Shown: positions 24,801 to 39,170 of the stretch, piece after piece | Position numbering within the stretch: position 1 is the first letter of the stretch | Layout: the number at the start of each line of letters is the position of its first letter | NCBI RefSeq assembly: GCF_963921235.1 | Contig: NC_086108.1 | Coordinates: 42,782,001 to 42,842,000 of the forward strand | Direction: 5' to 3' | Length of the DNA stretch: 60,000 bases | From: Mobula hypostoma | Lineage: Eukaryota | Made by a program: the position numbers and the translations under genes | Notes under the pieces: generated by a model | The model's database searches: none | Told to the model about the DNA's origin: nothing | What the model saw: the letters and a program-made list of their open reading frames with translations, nothing else

Positions 24801-27800
24801 TCTGCAAAGCTGATAGAGACCTATCCACACAGACTCAAGGCTGTAATTGCTACCAACGGTGCATCTACTAAATACTGACTTGAAAGGGCTGAGTAGTTAT
24901 GCAATCAATTAGTTTGTGTTTAGTATTTGCAATTAATTTATATCACTTTGTAGAGATTTGTTTTCACTTTGACACAAAAGTCTTTCCGTTGATCAGGGTC
25001 AAAAAAGCCTAATTAAATCCATTGATTCAATCATGTAAAACAACAAAACATGAAAACTTCCAAGGAAGGAGTAAATACTTTTTATAGGCAGTATATATAG
25101 ATTATGAATGCAGAGATCCCAGTACAGCTCCCTGCAGAACACCACAAATCACAGACCTCCCGCTAGAGTAAGTCCCTTCGACCACTACCCTTTTTCTCCT
25201 GTGGGCAAGCCTGTTCTAAATCCAAACACCCAATTGACCATGGACTCCATGCATCTTAATCTTCAGGATGAGCCTCCCATGAGGGACCTTGTCAAACACC
25301 TTACTGAAATCCATGTAGACAACATCCACAGCTTTACTTTCATCAATCACCCTTGTCACCTTGTCAAATTACTCAATCAAATTAGTAAGACACAACATGC
25401 CCTGCATAAAGACATGCTGACTCTCCCATGGTTTTCCAAATGCACATAAATCCCACCCTGAAGAATGCTCTCCAGTAACTTTCCTAACGCCGACATGAAG
25501 CTCATTGGTCTATAGTTTCCAGGATTATCCCTGGGTCACTTCTTGAAAAATGGAACAACATTAGCTATTCACCAGTCTTCCAGGACCTTGCTTTGGCAGG
25601 GTCTTCTCAGGGATAATCTGCAGTACTACCTCTTCGTTTACTTTAAAAAAGCCCTGGCATATTAATACCCTCGGCACTGATCTCCCTATCCTCCATATCC
25701 TTCCCCTTGGAAAATACTGATGTAAAGTACTCATTAAAAACTTCACCCACGTCCCTTGAATCCAAGCAAATGTTACCCCCTTTATCCTTGAGCGTTCCCA
25801 CCATCTCCCTAGTTATCCTCTTGCTCCTGATATATGTAAAGAATGCCTTCGGATTGTCTTTAATCTTACTTGCCAAGGACTTTTCATGGCCCCTCCTGTC
25901 TTTCCTAATTCCCTTCTTTTGTTCTTTTTCTAACTTTTTAATAATCCTCAAGGGCTCTGTTCGACTCTGGGTTCCTAGGCTTTCCATACAATTACAAAGA
26001 CGGCACGGCAGCGGGTATATTTCATTAGGGGCTTGAAGAGAATTGGTATGTCACCAAAGACACTTGCAAATTTCTGTAGATGTACCGTAGAGAGCATTCT
26101 TACTGATTGTATCACCATCTGGTACGGAGGGGCCACTGCACAGGATCGGAAAAAGCTGCAGAAAGTTGTAAACTCAGTCAGCTCCTTCACGTGCACCAGA
26201 CACCCCAGCATCAAGGACACCTTCAAAAGGCGATGCCTTAAAAAGGCGGCATCCATCATTAAGGGCCCTGTCACCCAGGACATGCCCTCTTCTCGTTGCT
26301 ACCGTCAAGGGGGAGGTACAGGAGCCTGAAGACACACATTCAACGTTTCAGGAGCAGCTTTATCCCCTCTGCCTTCGGATTTCTGAATGGACAATGAACC
26401 CATGAACGCTACCTCACTACTTTTTCCCTCTCTTTTTGCACTATTAATTTAATTTAATTTTATATGTACTTGCTGTAATTTATAGTTTTAATCCTGTGAA
26501 TTGCATTGTACTGCTGCCACAAAACAACAAATATAACAATGTATGCCAAGTGATATTATATCTGATTCTCATACATTTGCTTTATCTTCTTGTCTAAATT
26601 CATCACCTCTCTTGACATCCAAGGTTCTCTTACCTTGACATCCTTGTCCATTCTTCTGACAGGAAAGTACCTGTCCTGTACTCTGTGCAGTTGGTCTTTA
26701 AACACCCTCCACATGTTGGGTGGACTGGCCAAAAGCAGCTGTTCCCAATTAACCCTTCCTAGTTCCTACCTAATGCTCTCGTAATTCACACTGTTCCAGT
26801 TTAATACTCTCCCGGAAGGTCCACACTTATCCTTATCTATAGCTAGCTTAAAACTTAAGGAGTTGTGGTCACTGTGCATCCACTGTAAGGTTGGTCAGCT
26901 GGCCAGACTCAATACCCAACAGCAGATCCAGCACAGATCCTCCTCTTGTTGGACTATGTACATATTGATTTAAGGAACCTTCCTGAAGACACCAAACAAA
27001 TTCTGCCCCATCTAAACCACTGGCACTCAGAAGGTCCTAGTTTATATTCAGGAAGTTGAAGCTCCCTCATAACAAAAACCCTATTATTTTTACATCTTTC
27101 CTTAATCTGCCTGCATATCTGTTCCTCAATGTCCCAGAGGCTATGGGAAGGGGGTGTCTGTAGTACAATCCAATCAGAGTGATGCACCTTTCCTGTTTTT
27201 GAGTTCTACCTATATAGACTCAGTGGACGAGCCCTCCATTATATCCCTCGGAGTACAGCTGTGATATTGTCGCTGATTAATAGTACAACTTCCCCCTCCC
27301 CTTTACCACTTCCTCTCTTTTCTACAACATTGAAACCCTGGGACATTAAGCACCGATTCCTGTCCTTCTGTCAACTAAGTCTCTGTAATAGCCACACAGC
27401 TTTATGTACTAATCCATGCTCTAAATTCATCAGCTTTAGTCACAATACTCCTAGCATTAAATTACACACGCTTCAGGTGTTGCTGCTGCCCATTGTTACT
27501 GGCCCTGACATCTATCTTCCTCTCCATCCCTTCACTTTCCAACCTGGTGCTCTGGTTCCCATCCCCCTGCCAAACTGGTTTAAAGTCTCCTGACTAGCGA
27601 ACCCCTCCTCCCCTCCCCGGCCAGTTTAGGTGCAACACATCCCTCTTGTACAGGTCATCCCTGCCCCAGAAGAGGTTCCAATTATTCAAGAACCTGAATC
27701 CCTGCCTCCTGCACCAGTTCCTCAGCCATTCATTCATCTGCACTGTCATTCTATTCTTGCCCTGACTAGCACATGGCACTGGGAGTAATCCAGATACTAC

Positions 27801-30800
27801 CTTGGAGGGCCTGCTCTTCAACTTCTTTCTTAACTCCCTGTGCTCTCTGCACAGCACCTCTTCCCTCTTTCTACCTACGTTATTGATGCAAATAGGCACC
27901 ACGAGCGAACCTATGTTCTCTCTATAATTTGTAATGACCAGTGAGCACAAGAATCTTGTGCTGTGCAATTCTTTTGCCCAGTGACAACAACATGTGCGGA
28001 ATGAATAATTTCTTCAATAAAAACAGTATAAATAATCCAGTTTTAAAACCTGCAGACAAATCATCGCAAACTCCACTTTGTCAACACCGTCCGCATCAGA
28101 AACCGGAAAAGGAAATGTGATTGTGTACGATTGTGAAATATGCTTAACATGCCAATGAAGTAGAGGGTGACAACCTTTTGTGCACAGTTTAAGTTCCTTT
28201 GTGCGCTAGTAGCAAAAGATGTGTGTGCGCACATACACATGCCTTAGAGGGATCATTGCTGCTCACCTTACCCCTTTGAGAATATTCTGCAGCTGTCCTG
28301 AGAATCCTGGACCCTAGCCCCTTGGAGAAAACATACCATCCTGGCACCTCTTTCTCAGCCACAGGATCTCCTGTCCGTCTCCCCAACTATCAAGTCTTCT
28401 ATCACTACAGCTCTGCCTGACTTTACCCTTCCCTGCTGAACCTCAGAGCTGGCCACAGTGCCACTGGCCTGTCTACTGCTGCTGTGCCCAGGTAGGTCAT
28501 CCCCCCACCCAGAACTAGTTGCTAAGGAGAATGGCCACAGGGCAACTCTCCACTGACTGTTTATTCCCCTTATTTCTCCATCTACAATCTGAAGCCTGCA
28601 CTCTGGGTGTGATCACCTCAGTAATAGTTTCATCTGTGAGGTTTTCAGTCTCCTGGATGGTCTAGAGTGTGTCAACTCAAGCACCAGTTCCTTGTCCTTG
28701 TCAGTCAGGAAGGAGTCACCCATTTTTGTGTTGAATTGGAGCCAAAATGCAAAAGGCCAGCAAATTTCCATTAGTAAACCATTTGCACACAATAGGTTGA
28801 TAGGTTCAAAGAGACTTTTTTGCCAGAAATTTTGGGTATTATTTACCTAGTTTGCTTTAAAATGAATTCAAATTGTCAATCCGCCCTATTTAAATTTACC
28901 TCCTATGGAATACTAATCTAGGCCTGGACTAGATCACCGGGCCTGTAACATGACACTTTTATTAACCAAGTATAAAATTCACTGGTGCCCTTGCTAATAT
29001 TGGTTATAGAAACATAGAAACATAGAAAGCCCACAGCACAATACAGGCCCTTCGGCCCACAATGCTGTGCCAAACATGTACTTACTTTAGAAATTACCTA
29101 GGGTTACCCATACCCTCTATTTTCTAAACTCCATGTACCTAACCAAGAGTCTCTTAAAAGACGTTATTGTATCTGCCTCCACCACCGTCGCCAGCAGCCC
29201 ATTCCACACACTCACAACTCTGCGTAAAAAACCTATCCCTGACATCTCCTCTGTACCTACTTCCAAGCACCTTAAAACTGTGCCCTCTCGTGCTAGACAT
29301 TTCAGCCCTGGGGAAAAAGCCTCTGAAAAATGTTGAAAACTTTTAAAGCTCCTGGCCCGGATGGGTTTACTGTTGAATTTTATAAATGTTTTGCTTCTTT
29401 ATTGATTCCTTGGCTCTGTAGGGTTTTTGAGGCTTCTCTGAAACTTGGTAAACTTCCTGAATCTTTTAATAGAGCATCAATTTCTCTAATACTAAAGAAG
29501 GATAAAGACCCTGCTCAATGTGCATCTTATAGACCAATATCTTTATTAAATGTTGATTCTAAAGTTTTTTCTAAGTTATTAGCAAATAGACTAGAAAAAG
29601 TACTTCCTTCTATTATTTCGGAAGACCAAACGGGTTTTATTAAAGGTCGTTACTCTTTTTATAATATTCGTACATTGTTAAATATCGTTTATACTCCCTC
29701 ACAAAATGTTCCTGAGTGTGTTATTTCTTTAGATGCCGAGAAAGCTTTTGATAGAGTAGAATGGCCTTATTTATTTAAGGTGCTTGAAATGTTTAATTTT
29801 AGCTTGAAATTTATATCCTGGATTAAACTGTTATATCATTCCCCTGTAGCCTCGGTTCGTACTAACTCTTTAAACTCACCTTTTTTTCCTCTCTTTCGTG
29901 GTACTCGACAAGGCTGTCCTCTTAGTCCCCTATTATTTGATATTGCATTAGAACCTCTTGCAATTGCTATTCGAGAATCTTCAAATATTACTGGGATAAC
30001 TCAGGGATTAAAGTCCCATAAATTATCACTCTATGCTGATGATTTACTTTTATATATTTCTAATCCTGAGAAATCCATTCCTGCTGTTTTAGAGTTATTA
30101 GCACAATTTGGTTTTTTCTCAGGTTATAAATTAAATCTTAGTAAGAGTGAACTTTTTCCGATTAATAAACATCTTCCCTTATATTATAAATTTCCATTTA
30201 AATTGATTAATAATTATTTTTCATATCTTGGGATTAAAATTACTTGTAAATACAAAGATTTATTTAAGACTAACTTTTTACCATTAATAGACCATATTAC
30301 TCGACTTTCATCTAAATGGTTTCCCTTATACTTAACTTTGATTGGTCGTATTAATGCAGTTAAGATGTTTTTTTTGCCAAAATTTTTATATGTGTTTCAG
30401 GCATTACTAATTTTCGTTCCAAAATCTTTCTTTGATAAAGTTGACTCTAAAATTTCTTCATTTATTTGGCAGAATAAGAATCCGAGACTGGGTAAAATAC
30501 ATTTACAGAAAGCTAAGAGAGATGGAGGTTTAGCATTACCTAACTTTAGATTCTATTATTGGGCTATTAATATTCGACATATGAAATTTTGGTTACTTGA
30601 CCAGGACATACTATCTATTCCTAAATGGGTAGCATTGGAATTACAATCTGTTCAGGGTTATACACTTGGCTCTATTTTAGGCTCCTCTCTCCCTTTTGAT
30701 TCGAAACGCCTTAAGCAGGTCTCTAACCCGATAGTTAAATATGCTTTGCGCATTTGGTTTCAATTCAGAAAATTTTTTGATCTTAATCAATTCGGGTTAG

Positions 30801-33800
30801 CGATTCCTATTTTAGGTAACATATTTTTTCCTCCCTCTTTTACGGATCGCGCTTTTCAAACTTGGAAGACTAAGGGTATTTTACGGTTTTTGGATTTATT
30901 TTTAGATGGTTCCCTTATGTCTTTTGAACAATTATCTAATAAATATAACTTATCAAGAATACATTTTTTTAGTTATTTACAAGTTAGAAATTTCCTAAGT
31001 ACTATACTTTCTTCCTTTCCAATGCTTCCTCCTACATATATTTTAGATTCGATAATTAACCTCAATCCATGTCAGAAAGGTGCATCGGCTATGATTCATA
31101 ATATTATTATGAAACTTAGGAAAGCTCCATTTGATAAGATTAGGGTAGATTGGGAACAGGAATTGGGGCTTACCATTTCTGTGGATGATTGGGGGCAGAT
31201 TTTACAATTAGTTAATACTTCCTCTATTTGTGCTAAACATTCCCTAATTCAATTTAAAGTGGTTCATAGAGCACATATGTCCAAAGATAAGTTAGCGCGT
31301 TTTTACTCGCATATTAATCCTTTCTGTGATAGATGTTCGGGGCAGATAGCCTCTTTAACTCATATGTTTTGGTCTTGCCCTACTTTGGAAACTTTTTGGA
31401 GAGATATTTTTAATATTATTTCTAAGGTATTAAATATAGATATCTCTCCTCACCCTATTACTGCTATCTTTGGACTACCTAAAATTTCTAGTAATCTTTC
31501 CCCTTCAGCCCGTAGAATGATTGCATTTCTTACTTTAATGGCGAAAAGATGTATTTTACAACATTGGAAAGAGCTTAATGCTCCAACTACTTTTTTTTGG
31601 TTTTCTCAGACGATTTTATGTTTGAATTTGGAGAAAATTAGAAGTAACCTTTATGATTCTTCATTTAAATTTGAACAGATTTGGGGACCTTTTATTCGAT
31701 ATTTTCATTTAATGTAATATTTACCCTTCTTGTTTTTTTTCACTGTTTTTAATGGAGGTCGGGATTGAGGACGTGATTTTAAGTTTAACTCTGTTTGGTT
31801 TCAAGTTAGCCCATTGCTTTGCCTTGCTTTTAGTTAGTTGCACGGTGGGTTTTTTTTTGGGGTTTTTTTTTCTTTTTTTCCATTGATATATATAAAATTT
31901 AGTATACTATTATGTTATCTTGGTTTCTTATGTTTAAATTACATTGTTTGTAGTATTTTTTTTGGTATTGATACCTTTTGGAATTTTATTATACTTTAAC
32001 ATTGTATTAATGTTTATATGGCTTACCTTTTTTGTATACTTACTCAATAAAAAGATTTATAAAGAAAGAAAGAGAATGAAATTACTTTGCCATGTAAAAT
32101 ACCTTTGTCCTTTTTTTCCCCATGTAGCACCCTGTCTCCCCACCAACGTCACAGCAAGTATCGATTGCAAGGTTAATTCAGCCATTCTTTCCTGGAGTAA
32201 GAGTGAGGGTGCATTGTTTTATATTGCGACAGCGATAAATCAGAATGGAGAAGTTTACTGGTGTAATACATCAACTACACAGTGTGAAATTAAACAACTG
32301 CATTGTGGTCACAGTTACAATGTATCTGTGGAGGCGACAAATGGGAAATGTAACAGTGAACAAAGTGATCCTTTTGAAATCCAGTCAGGTAATAGAAATG
32401 TCTGATTATTGTACTTTAAGGTGTACACCATTTGGACATGGATTTTCCAAAGACATTTGTAATGTAATCAGTACTTTACACAGATGGTGTTCAATGGTCC
32501 ACAGTTTTCAAGCAGTGGTAAGGTACCTGTGCTTACATTGTACCTGTCCATTAAATCTACACTTGTGTGCATCCCTCAGCAAGAATGTCCTTGATAAACA
32601 CTGTACTAATTCTTGTGTACATGTAGCAAGCACGTGGCCAAGTGGTTAAGGCATTAGACTAGCTACCTGAAGGTCGTGAGTTCGAGCCTCAGCCTTGAGC
32701 AATGCACTTAATCACACATTGCTCTGCAATGACACTGGTGCCAAGCTGTATGGGTCCTAATGCCCTTCCCTTGGGCAACATTGGTGTCATGGAGAGGGGA
32801 GACTTGCAGCATGGGCAACTGCTGGTCTTCCATACAACCTTGCCCAGGCCTGCGCCCTGGAGAGTGAAAACTTTCCAGGCGCAGATCCATGGTCTCGCAA
32901 GACTAACATGGCCCAGTCAACCAGATGTAAATTCCAACATGACAGAAGAAGACCTGCCCACAGAAGCACTCAAAAAAGAAAGATTAATTTAAGCTTTATG
33001 CTCTGGACTAGTTAACTGTCGGAAGTATTCATACTCGATGTCATATTTCAGAGAAGATAGAAGTTCAAGTTCAAGTTTAATTATCATTCAGCCATGCATG
33101 AATACCCATGAATACAGCCAAGTGAAACAGCCTTCCTCTGGGACCAAGGTACAAAACACAGTGCCAACAGTCACACACAGCTCAAGGCACAAATAGCACA
33201 TATAAGATCACAGTAAACCTGTAGTCACACACAAGTAATATATAACCCAAGTCTGAGTGACATGGTCTGTAAACTGATGGTGCATGGTGTTATTGGCAAG
33301 AACAAGTTGTTCTCAGTAGTCCGCAGACAAACACATGCACGCGCACAATCCAGCTTGTCTTTCACTGAGTGAACACTGGAGAGCAACACTGATGGGAGGG
33401 GCCAGCCCCTAGTCCAGCATGGACATCGCGTCACACCTCCTCTCCTGGACTGCTGCAACAGGCAAGCCCACGGCATGAGGCCGAATCCTCTCTACAGCTG
33501 AGGCCACACAGCTCCCCCTGCTGGCTGTCTCGTCAATAAACAATTGAATCAGACATGCAGTATTTTACGTTACCAATGTCCAACAGGGTCTTGCGATTGC
33601 AAGAAAAATGTCCATGACAATCACTCACTGTTAGACTGCATGCCGCCTTCACGCACTGACCCTGTTGCCTTTCTGTAGCAGGCAGCAAGTATTCCAGCTC
33701 CTCCGCCAATGAGCAGCTCGCTAATGAGGTAGACCCGCAGCCCTTGAAGTTCTTAATGTCCAGCATTTTCTTGCATTCATAAAAAAGACAAAAACACCTT

Positions 33801-36800
33801 TGGTTGCCCCGAAGAGGCTGCTACATCGGAGAGTGCTGCCATCTTACTGGAAGTAATCAGAGCATTGGATGGGACAAAGGGAATGACATTGATATGGCAT
33901 GACCCTGGGTTGTTGTAGGGATAAGTTGTGGTGGCTCTTCAATCTTTCATATTAAGAAGCATACTGTAAATAAACAATATCAATTAAAATTAAACTATGT
34001 AAGAACATTAATGTTAAAAATATGAAAGCATTGAAAAAAGATTCAAAACTTCGACCTCACTTTAACTGATTAATTAAAAAAAGAGCTGTAAATGACTTGA
34101 TGCCACCTTAGTCCTTGGCAGCCTTTCCTCTTCAATGACATGAGTGAAGTCACGATGGCTGCACCACAATCTAAGATTCTTCCCAGACCTTAGAATTTAA
34201 ACCCAAGGATGAGAGTTCAAAGTGAGAGAAAAGGGGATTTTCCTCCATTCAGCCCACTTGTTTACTGATGAGACAGATGGCAGGAAGCCAAGTAGCCTCA
34301 GCTGTAGAAAGGACTCGGTCTCATGCCGTGGGCTTGCCTGTTGCAGCAGTCCAGGAGAGGAGATGCCAGAGGCTGTGTGGCGTGGTGTCCATGCTGGGAC
34401 CAATAGCCAAAAGAAAACTGTAAGGAGGATTAACAAGGATGTTCCCAGGCCTAGTGGGCTTGAATTATAGGGAGAGATGGCCAAGCTCTCCCTATAAGGT
34501 GGTGAATATATGGAACAAGCTGCCAAAGGCAGTGGTCGAGGCAGATAAAATTGTATCATTTAAAGGGCACTTGGATATGTACATGGGGGGGGGGTGCTTT
34601 GAGGGATATGGGCTGAACGGGGGAGGTTGGGATCAATTGGTTGGCATGGATTCATTGGGCTGAAGAACATTTGTTCACACCGTATTGCTCTTTGACTATG
34701 ATAACAAGAGTCTGCTAAGGGATATTGACTTGTTAACTGCTGAGGAAACAAGGTGGCAGATGGTGTATATTTAGACAAATGTGAGATCATTGCAGGAAGA
34801 ATAGTAATCCAGACTTAATATTTAATAAAAGGTGAGAAACCAGTAAACAAGATCAGAAAGTAAACATGCCATTTAGGAAGCATTTAGTACGTTGTCTTTG
34901 GTTGCAAGGGGATTTAAGTGGAAAGGTTATGAAGTCTTCAGAGATCCTTCAGGGCTTTGCCAAAGTTTTGGGCCCTGTACCTAAAGAAGGACATACCTAC
35001 CGCGGACTGATGCACGCAGGTTTACGGTGCTGTTTCCTGAGGTGATCATCCACCGATAGAGAGTCAGAAGAATGAGTGGTGATCTCAACCAAACCTACAA
35101 AATTCTGAGCAGGTTTCACAGGGCAGATGCCAACAGGATTTTCTTCCATCTGGAGAAATAGAGGGCATGGATGAGGGTGTAGGGATCTCAGAGTGAGGCC
35201 TTAGCCAGAGATAGGGTAACATTTCTTTGTGCAGATAAGTTGTTAATTTCTGCTTCAGACTCCTGTCCCTCAGAGAGCTGTGAATACCCATTTGTTGAAT
35301 GTATTCAAGGCTAATTGTGATGGCTGTTTGAACACTAGAGGGATCAGTGCTTCAATTTGGTTTCAAGTTTAATAACTCACTTATTTACAAACTGTAAATT
35401 GTAACAATCATTCATTTCAGGAGTAATTATATTTCTGTAATAGAAGTTGTGCAACCAATGGTTACTGTTGTATTTTTCAGCACCGTGTGCACCAGAGGAT
35501 GTCAAAGCCCATTTGAATTGTGGATCTGGATCGGCAGTGGTTTCATGGAGTCAGTATAGTGGAGCATTATTGCACATGGCAACTGCAGAGAGAGGCAATG
35601 GCCACACAGAGCACTGCTCCAGTACAAATGGAAACTGCAAAATATATAATTTAGAGTGTGGACAGAGATACACTATCACTGTAACCACAGAAGGCTACTC
35701 ATGTGATAGCATGCCAAGTCGCAGCATCAAATTCTATTCAGGTGGTTTTCAATATATACATTTCACTGAATTAATGTCATGATAACTTAGTACTTTGACA
35801 AGATCTGGATGATTCATTGTTTAAATGATTGAAACTAAATTGTGTCAAAGTTGGAAGAGATATCCAAATTACCAACAGAATAAATAGCTTATTCTGCTGG
35901 GGAAATGTCAGTGGAATAGCGGTGATGGTCAGAGTTGGTTAATATACATATAGTTAAAATGCTTTCTTAAAATTGAGTAAGATAGCTTTCAGAGAGAAAG
36001 TTTATCTTCTTGGGGAACTTTTTCACCCAGTTAATAATGGATTTAAGGGGAATACATTAATCATTTGTTTGACACACTGGGCTTGTTCCTTGAGACTCTG
36101 AAATACATACTTCAGCAGAACTACGGACATAGAATGCAAAATACAGAGTTCTTCTATTGCTTCAGCAGTTGAATTCTTCCTGTAGTTCAAGGATTAGGTC
36201 CAGGTAGACTTCACTTCCACCCTTGGCCCAATTAACTTTGGCAATCTCAGATCGACTTGCAGTTGTGGTATCTTAATTGAGGAAAGAGATCTTGGTCTGG
36301 AAGCTAAATGTCAGTTGAAGATAACTTAATTCTTCTCTACAATGATACCCACTAGTTAGCTCCAATAACTTCTTCCACTGGTGCCTTGTAACCCTAAGTA
36401 GAAAAGTAACAATAATATAATGAAAATACTCACTACTGAACTCTCCTCTTATCAATTCTTACTTGAGCAAGTATTCTTTTTTCCTTCACAAACAAATACA
36501 CCAATATCCTGACATTGCTTACCTAATACCATTGCAAGAATGCCAACAGACCTCACCTTTTGAGAATCAGAATCAGATTTATTTTTATTTTCTTATATGA
36601 CTTGGAATTAGTTGTTTTGTACAGTGCTAAGACACAAAATTACTATAAATCGTGAAAATAACTCAATAATGCAAAAGAAAAGGAACAATAAGGTATTGTT
36701 TGTGGGCCATTCAGAAATTTGATGGTGAGGGGTTGAAACAGTTTCTGAATCATTGAGGCTTGACCTTCAGGCTCCTGCACCTGCTGATTAATTCAGAGCA

Positions 36801-39138
36801 ACTAGTTGGCCAGCTATCACAACCTTCAACTATATTGAAAGAAATTTACTTTCTAATTGTGTGAACGTACTGGTTAAGGTCAGGATCGTAAGGTCAGGGG
36901 AGGTTGTATAAGACATTGGTGAGGCCAAATTTGGAGTATTGTGTACAGTTCTGGTCACCTAACTATAGGAAGGATATCAGTAAGATTGAAAGAGTGCAGA
37001 GAAGATTTACTAGGATGTTGCCGGGTCTTCAGGAGTTGAGTTACAGGGAAAGGTTGAACAGGTTAGGACTTTATTCCTTGGAGCATAGAAGAATGAGGGG
37101 AGATTTGATAGAGGTTTACAAAATTATGATGGTTATAGACAGAGTAAATGTGAATAGGCTCTTTCCATTTAGACTAGGAAGATAAACATGAGAGGACATG
37201 GCTTTAGGGTGAAAGGGGAAAGGTTTAGAGGAAACTTCTTCACTCAGAGAGTGGTGGGAGTGTGGAACAGCTGCCATCTGACGTGGTGAATGCGGGCTCA
37301 CTCTTAAGTTTTAAGAATAAATTGGATAGGTACGTGGATGGGAGAGGTCTGGAGGGTTATGGACTGGATGCAGGTCAATGGGACTAGTGGAATAATGTTT
37401 CAACACAGACTAGAAGGGCAGAATGGCCTGTTTTCTGTGCTGCAGTGTTCTATGGTTCTATGGATCAGGGCTGTCAAATAATTTTCTTGTACTCACAACA
37501 TGAATCTGTTGTGAACACAAGCCAATTTAACAGTCTACCAGAGAGTGTACAGCATCATAGAATCATGCCTGTGAGAATGCAGGTTCAAATCCCAGCATCG
37601 CTGTATGAGAATTTCAATAGCAATGTGAAAAGAGTCCATAAAAGTAACAGTAGAGCCGCTGAGATATCCTAAACTCCCACCAGGTTCAGTAATGTCCTCT
37701 AGTGAAGGATGCCTTTGGCCCTAATCTGGTTTAGTCCTATTGTGACTCCTGTCCCAGGGCTATATACTTGACACTTAATTGTTCTTCAGGATAGACCATC
37801 AAAAACAGCTCAATGCATAACTATGCACGGGGAATAAATGCCAGTGATCTATACCTCCCAAATAAAGCCAAGCAGTTAGATTTTTTTTGCTAGTTATTTT
37901 AATTAATGTGAATGTTTTAGTTGATACACATGTTAAATAGATTATGACTAAGTATGGTTCAATTTTTAATTCCTTTAAATAATTCCTTTGTTTAAAAAAT
38001 GTAATTTATTTCAATTGCTACTCTTCAGTGAATGTAGAAGTAGCTGAAATGGATCTGACAGGCCAATCAGGGCAGATTGATTTGATAGGCCAAACAGGGC
38101 GGTGTGGTCTAAGGGTTTCGGGATGCACTGTCAGAGGTGTAATTACTGTCGATGGGCATCCCTTTGAGGGCAGCTGTAGCAACGAAGCCTCAAACACAAT
38201 TAGATCTGTGGGACATCAAGAGTTTAGAGCAGCTGAGGGAAATTGCTGTGCCTGAGGGTGAGGTACCTATCCAGCAATTCACAAGAGGAATCAAAAGAGC
38301 ACTGAAACTTTATGACACAGTGGAGGACTGTTCAACTCATCACATTTGGATCATCGCCTTCCACACTAGATCCAGCAGCCCAAGTAATGTTTAAATGTGA
38401 TGAGGGTTTTTACTTGTATCTCTCTGATAGGCAGGAGTTCCAGACCCCTACTACTTCTGTATGAGAGCATTTATTCCTCATTGATCCCTCTACCAATTTT
38501 GGTAGATCAGTGTCATCAATAGTGAATTACCAATAAATATAAATAAATTTATTTAATTACACTATTGTTACAACATAATAATAAAAATAGAACTAGTCTG
38601 ATACAGAATTAATGCTGTACTACAAGCACATTCAAATATTTTTCTATTCAATTGCAATCAATTATTAGTACACTTCAGATTTCCAATTTTTTATTTGCTT
38701 CTGACTTCTGTTAAAACAACATGTTGTAATGGAGATTTTTTTGTAAGTTAAATTGAATTTCAAAATAGGCAAGTATTAGTTTCTGACATACATTTTAATT
38801 TTCATTTTCCATCTTATTTTCAGTCCCCTGTGAGCCACAGAATGTTGAAGTACAACTGGATTGTAACCTCAATACAGCTCTGGTGTTGTGGGACTACAGT
38901 AGAGGAGCACTGTGGTACACTGCCTTTGCAGAAGGAGCTGATGGAAACATTGTATCATGTAGAACATCAGGAACATCATGTAGAACACCTCTGTTACTCT
39001 GTGGCCAGTTATATTCTGTGTATGTTGTAGCATCTGACAGCACTTGCAACCATTCTCTGAGCTCAGTGGTTAACATTCAGACAGGTAACTCATTGTTTTA
39101 CTGACCTGTGGCACATTGCATTCGAGAAAATCAATAAG

Positions 39139-39170
<32 letters not shown>

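Noticed and set aside
23900..24878. Active Tc1 transposase
   Set aside because: Multiple frameshifts and stops, a truncated left TIR and an L1 insertion upstream of the ORF.
29330..31717. 795-aa ORF as a host gene or a novel reverse-transcriptase system
   Set aside because: It has the standard L1 ORF2 motifs, is 5'-truncated and is followed by an L1-type UTR and tail.
32628..32700. tRNA gene (also 50622-50690)
   Set aside because: A/B boxes are present but there is no convincing cloverleaf, and each runs on into a SINE body.
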